Positions 60,891 to 64,000 of a stretch of 64,000 nt of DNA are shown in pieces. The position numbers and the translations under genes were made by a program. The stretch's first letter is position 1. Each line of letters opens with the position of its first letter. Source of the DNA: Octopus bimaculoides (taxonomy: Eukaryota). The notes below the pieces were generated by a model. It did no database searches. It worked only from the letters and a program-made list of their open reading frames with translations, and was not told the origin of the DNA. The stretch covers positions 95,466,779-95,530,778 of the forward strand of contig NC_068981.1 of NCBI RefSeq assembly GCF_001194135.2, given 5' to 3'.

Positions 60891-62431
60891 TACAATGGAG
60901 TAGATCTTTGAAAATTCTGAAAAATAAATTTATGCATCCGCTTACATTCTTTGAAATAATGATTCCGTTTTCTCTGCTCAAGCCCACACTAATGCCATTA
61001 AAAGACCATTTCATTTTGCAGAGTAGGAACAAGTCCACCAAGTCGCTTCCATTAGAACTCTCTATGAGACATAAATATTGCTCATCTCATCCTTCTTAAC
61101 GTAGCAATTATCCTTGTATTTAAAAGAATACGAGTAAGCCCACAGCTAACACTAAGTAATTACATAAGCAAATTTAGCCTAAATGTAAGAAATTCATTGC
61201 TTACATAGCATCATCAGAGACGTCAATTACTCTAAATGCGGGCTGTTTATTTGACATATCATCAGAAAAAAATAATAAAAATATTTACTCGTGCAATCAG
61301 AACAATGAGTTATCTGATCAATAACACGGTTGGATATGGATATGCAATATTAATAGCTGTCTGTGCACCAACGAACGTTTATACTTATTACAGTAATTTA
61401 ATATATGTAATATTTGTTGTTACGGTTTTATCTATTAATGTGCCTAAGGCTCACGATGCTTTTTGGATGTATTAAAACACAAAGGCAATAAACTGAAGTA
61501 AATCGAAATTAAGTGAAATTATCTTATAAGCCTATGCGCATGTCAAATAAATATACGCGCATGCGCTAGCATTTTGGATATAAAGAATGTTATAAATGAT
61601 TACAAACCATTGATCTCTTTCCGACGTTAAATCTCCTTCCTACGTTAGATCTCTTAAGGTCTTTAGTTTAGATATTGATATCTCTAATTTACAATGTCTT
61701 CATATTCTAGCACAAGAAATAACTCTAATTCAGGTTTTACGGTATTGTAAATAATTGCAGTTAAAGGAAAGTCTGAGTGACAATTAACAGACGTTATTGC
61801 TAGTTATATGGCATAAATGATTCCACAGACCTAGTAGTCTCTTTTCTTCCCTAGTGTCGATTAATAGTACCTTTTATCAAGTTGTGATCTTTCATACATT
61901 ACATTGTACTTATATATAGAAAAGAGCAACTTAACTCATATGTGTCTGCCATGTTACTTCATTCCTGTATGTCCTGCATCCAACTTCCAACCAGTCAATT
62001 TACTCTTAATATCAACGGTAAAATCAACACCACTATTAAACTTTGAAGCTCGAGAAAACGAATATACTATATGGCATTCCACTATTTATGAACACACTAA
62101 TAGACAACTAAAACTCATTAAAAGTCCTTCAAAGTCAAGACTTTACTTTAACCTTTATGGTAACATCACAACCCCTGCAGTGATGACTGTATCTCAAAAG
62201 CAGGATTTCTTTTTCAGAGTAACAAAATGTTTCAACATAGACATTAGTTAATTCTAAGAAAATAAACAATTAAACCTATGCTTCAAAAAAGTAGTTAATT
62301 ATTCAGTTCATTATGTATCAGTATTGAGAAAATTGAAAGTAAAGTTGTGTTATTAGTTTAGATACCATTTCTTTTCTCTTATGGACAGAAATTTCCTTAG
62401 AATTAAGCATTTTGTTGAATCTTTTGGATTT

Positions 62432-62476
<45 letters not shown>

Positions 62477-62913
62477 NNNNNNNNNNNNNNNNNNNNNNNN
62501 NNNNNNNNNNNNNNNNNNNNNNNNNNNNNNNNNNNNNNNNNNNNNNNNNNNNNNNNNNNNNNNNNNNNNNNNNNNNNNNNNNNNNNNNNNNNNNNNNNNN
62601 NNNNNNNNNNNNNNNNNNNNNNNNNNNNNNNNNNNNNNNNNNNNNNNNNNNNNNNNNNNNNNNNNNNNNNNNNNNNNNNNNNNNNNNNNNNNNNNNNNNN
62701 NNNNNNNNNNNNNNNNNNNNNNNNNNNNNNNNNNNNNNNNNNNNNNNNNNNNNNNNNNNNNNNNNNNNNNNNNNNNNNNNNNNNNNNNNNNNNNNNNNNN
62801 NNNNNNNNNNNNNNNNNNNNNNNNNNNNNNNNNNNNNNNNNNNNNNNNNNNNNNNNNNNNNNNNNNNNNNNNNNNNNNNNNNNNNNNNNNNNNNNNNNNN
62901 NNNNNNNNNNNNN

Positions 62914-62965
<52 letters not shown>

Positions 62966-64000
62966 CAATAATAACAAAATAAAAGTTCTCGTTTAAAGGC
63001 AAAAGTAAGCCAAATTTCCATTTAAAGGCAAAAGTAAGCAAATCATTCTTGTATCCATAAATCATTCGTTTGTTCAATATTTTTTTTTTTTTTAAAGAAT
63101 CATTCGAACTCACATAACCTTTTTGTAATTGTCTGTCCTGTTATGTCGAATTCTATGTACGATCTTATGATTATAATAAAGAATTTATCATCTTGTCATA
63201 AGGGTTTCTATTAAAATGTGTGCAATGGTTGTTTTATTCACTATTCTTATAATGTAAAATGACGTAATATGGATGACTTCTTTTGCATCTTATTGATATG
63301 TTTCTAACTACGCAGGACATGACAAATAACTCATAGCGTAAGATTTGTTTTTCTCCAATTGGTTGATCAAGATCTTCCTTATTGTTGGAGATAATGGAGA
63401 CATTGATCCTGGACTTCTACTATACACCTCTCCTATTCTATTATTAATTTTCTCTTGTCGGCTACATGTGGGCACTGACAATGTTGCCGTTAGGTTTGTT
63501 CATCTGAGTAGTCTGTGTCCAGTGAGTAGTTTGTTTTTTTCACCTACTTTTCAATTTTTCGTGTAAGTTTTCTTTTGCATCTTACCTTTTTTTCTTTTCT
63601 TGCCCTTCATATTACTGAGTACCTTTGATCATTCACTTCTATTTTGAAACTCTGCAGAGTTTACTATCTTTGGGATATTTTTCCCTGCTTATATATTACT
63701 TGCAGCAAACTTTCTTCGTTTTCTTTTATGTATACTTCCAATCTAATTATTTTTGCTTTGTATTTGAATTCCATCTGTCTCAGTTCTTTGCTTCCGAACT
63801 GATTTTCTTGTAAAGCTAGTGAATATCTGCTTATGAATGATGTGTTCTGTATATAGTAAAGAAACTCCTAGCGTTGGTATCCAATATTAGTACCTCTCAC
63901 ATACACAAACACACGATGCTAAAGTTATAAAACAGTAGATAAACTGCGGTAAAATTAACTCGTAATTTGTTCTTTGCGTACAGGCCTTTGAATTCGCTTG

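Larger units (their letters stand above)
3129..62913. other. 19 assembly gaps (N runs)
   Basis: Approx. 3129-3350, 5946-6324, 7160-7227, 7731-8457, 8780-8789, 9601-10136, 17298-17695, 20506-20658, 21639-22445, 28593-28975, 32062-32283, 37844-37957, 39603-40109, 43724-44116, 47606-48581, 51391-51826, 57062-57739, 59497-60008, 62477-62913. Most abut (AT)n, (CA)n, (CT)n or (AAT)n tracts. Confidence 0.95.

Noticed and set aside
61208-61220. CTGATGA on - with a 4-bp stem
   Set aside because: Not followed by GAAA, so not a hammerhead.
433-63113. Dozens of long ORFs rich in YI, HT, CV, poly-N/I/L or X
   Set aside because: These are translations of (AT)n, (CA)n, (ATGT)n and (AAT)n microsatellites and N-gaps, not genes.
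63300-63830. L1-like linker words on - (SNNKEDLDQPIGEKQI)
   Set aside because: A single weak motif among many stops; insufficient to call.

Overview
Eukaryotic, AT-rich, repeat-saturated genomic DNA with 19 N-gaps, nearly all bordered by microsatellites. The SINE and LINE repertoire looks like a coleoid cephalopod, most likely Octopus (inference from recalled repeat sequences, not a database search). Most ORF-track entries are microsatellite or gap artefacts. One host gene is supported by splice sites, exon phase and protein motifs: a + strand Ly6/uPAR (three-finger, quiver/sleepless-like) gene. Its signal-peptide exon is at 44515-44659 and its Cys-rich exon at 49767-49904; its last exon is unresolved. 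The rest is mobile DNA: a near-complete but disabled RTE-clade LINE (53810-57061, -), other RTE, Tx1/L1 and R4/Dong relics, and a complete but disabled DD34D mariner with TIRs and TA TSD (23790-25078). There are also Tc1 and rosa-like fragments, pogo/hAT/TIR MITEs, more than 30 modular tRNA-derived SINE copies, an 18S rRNA fragment and a tRNA-Leu 5' half. The most unusual signal is an inverted pair of Penelope-type repeats carrying minimal hammerhead-ribozyme motifs (17911-17956 core intact on -, 18436-18481 mutated on +). No CRISPR or prokaryotic features were seen.
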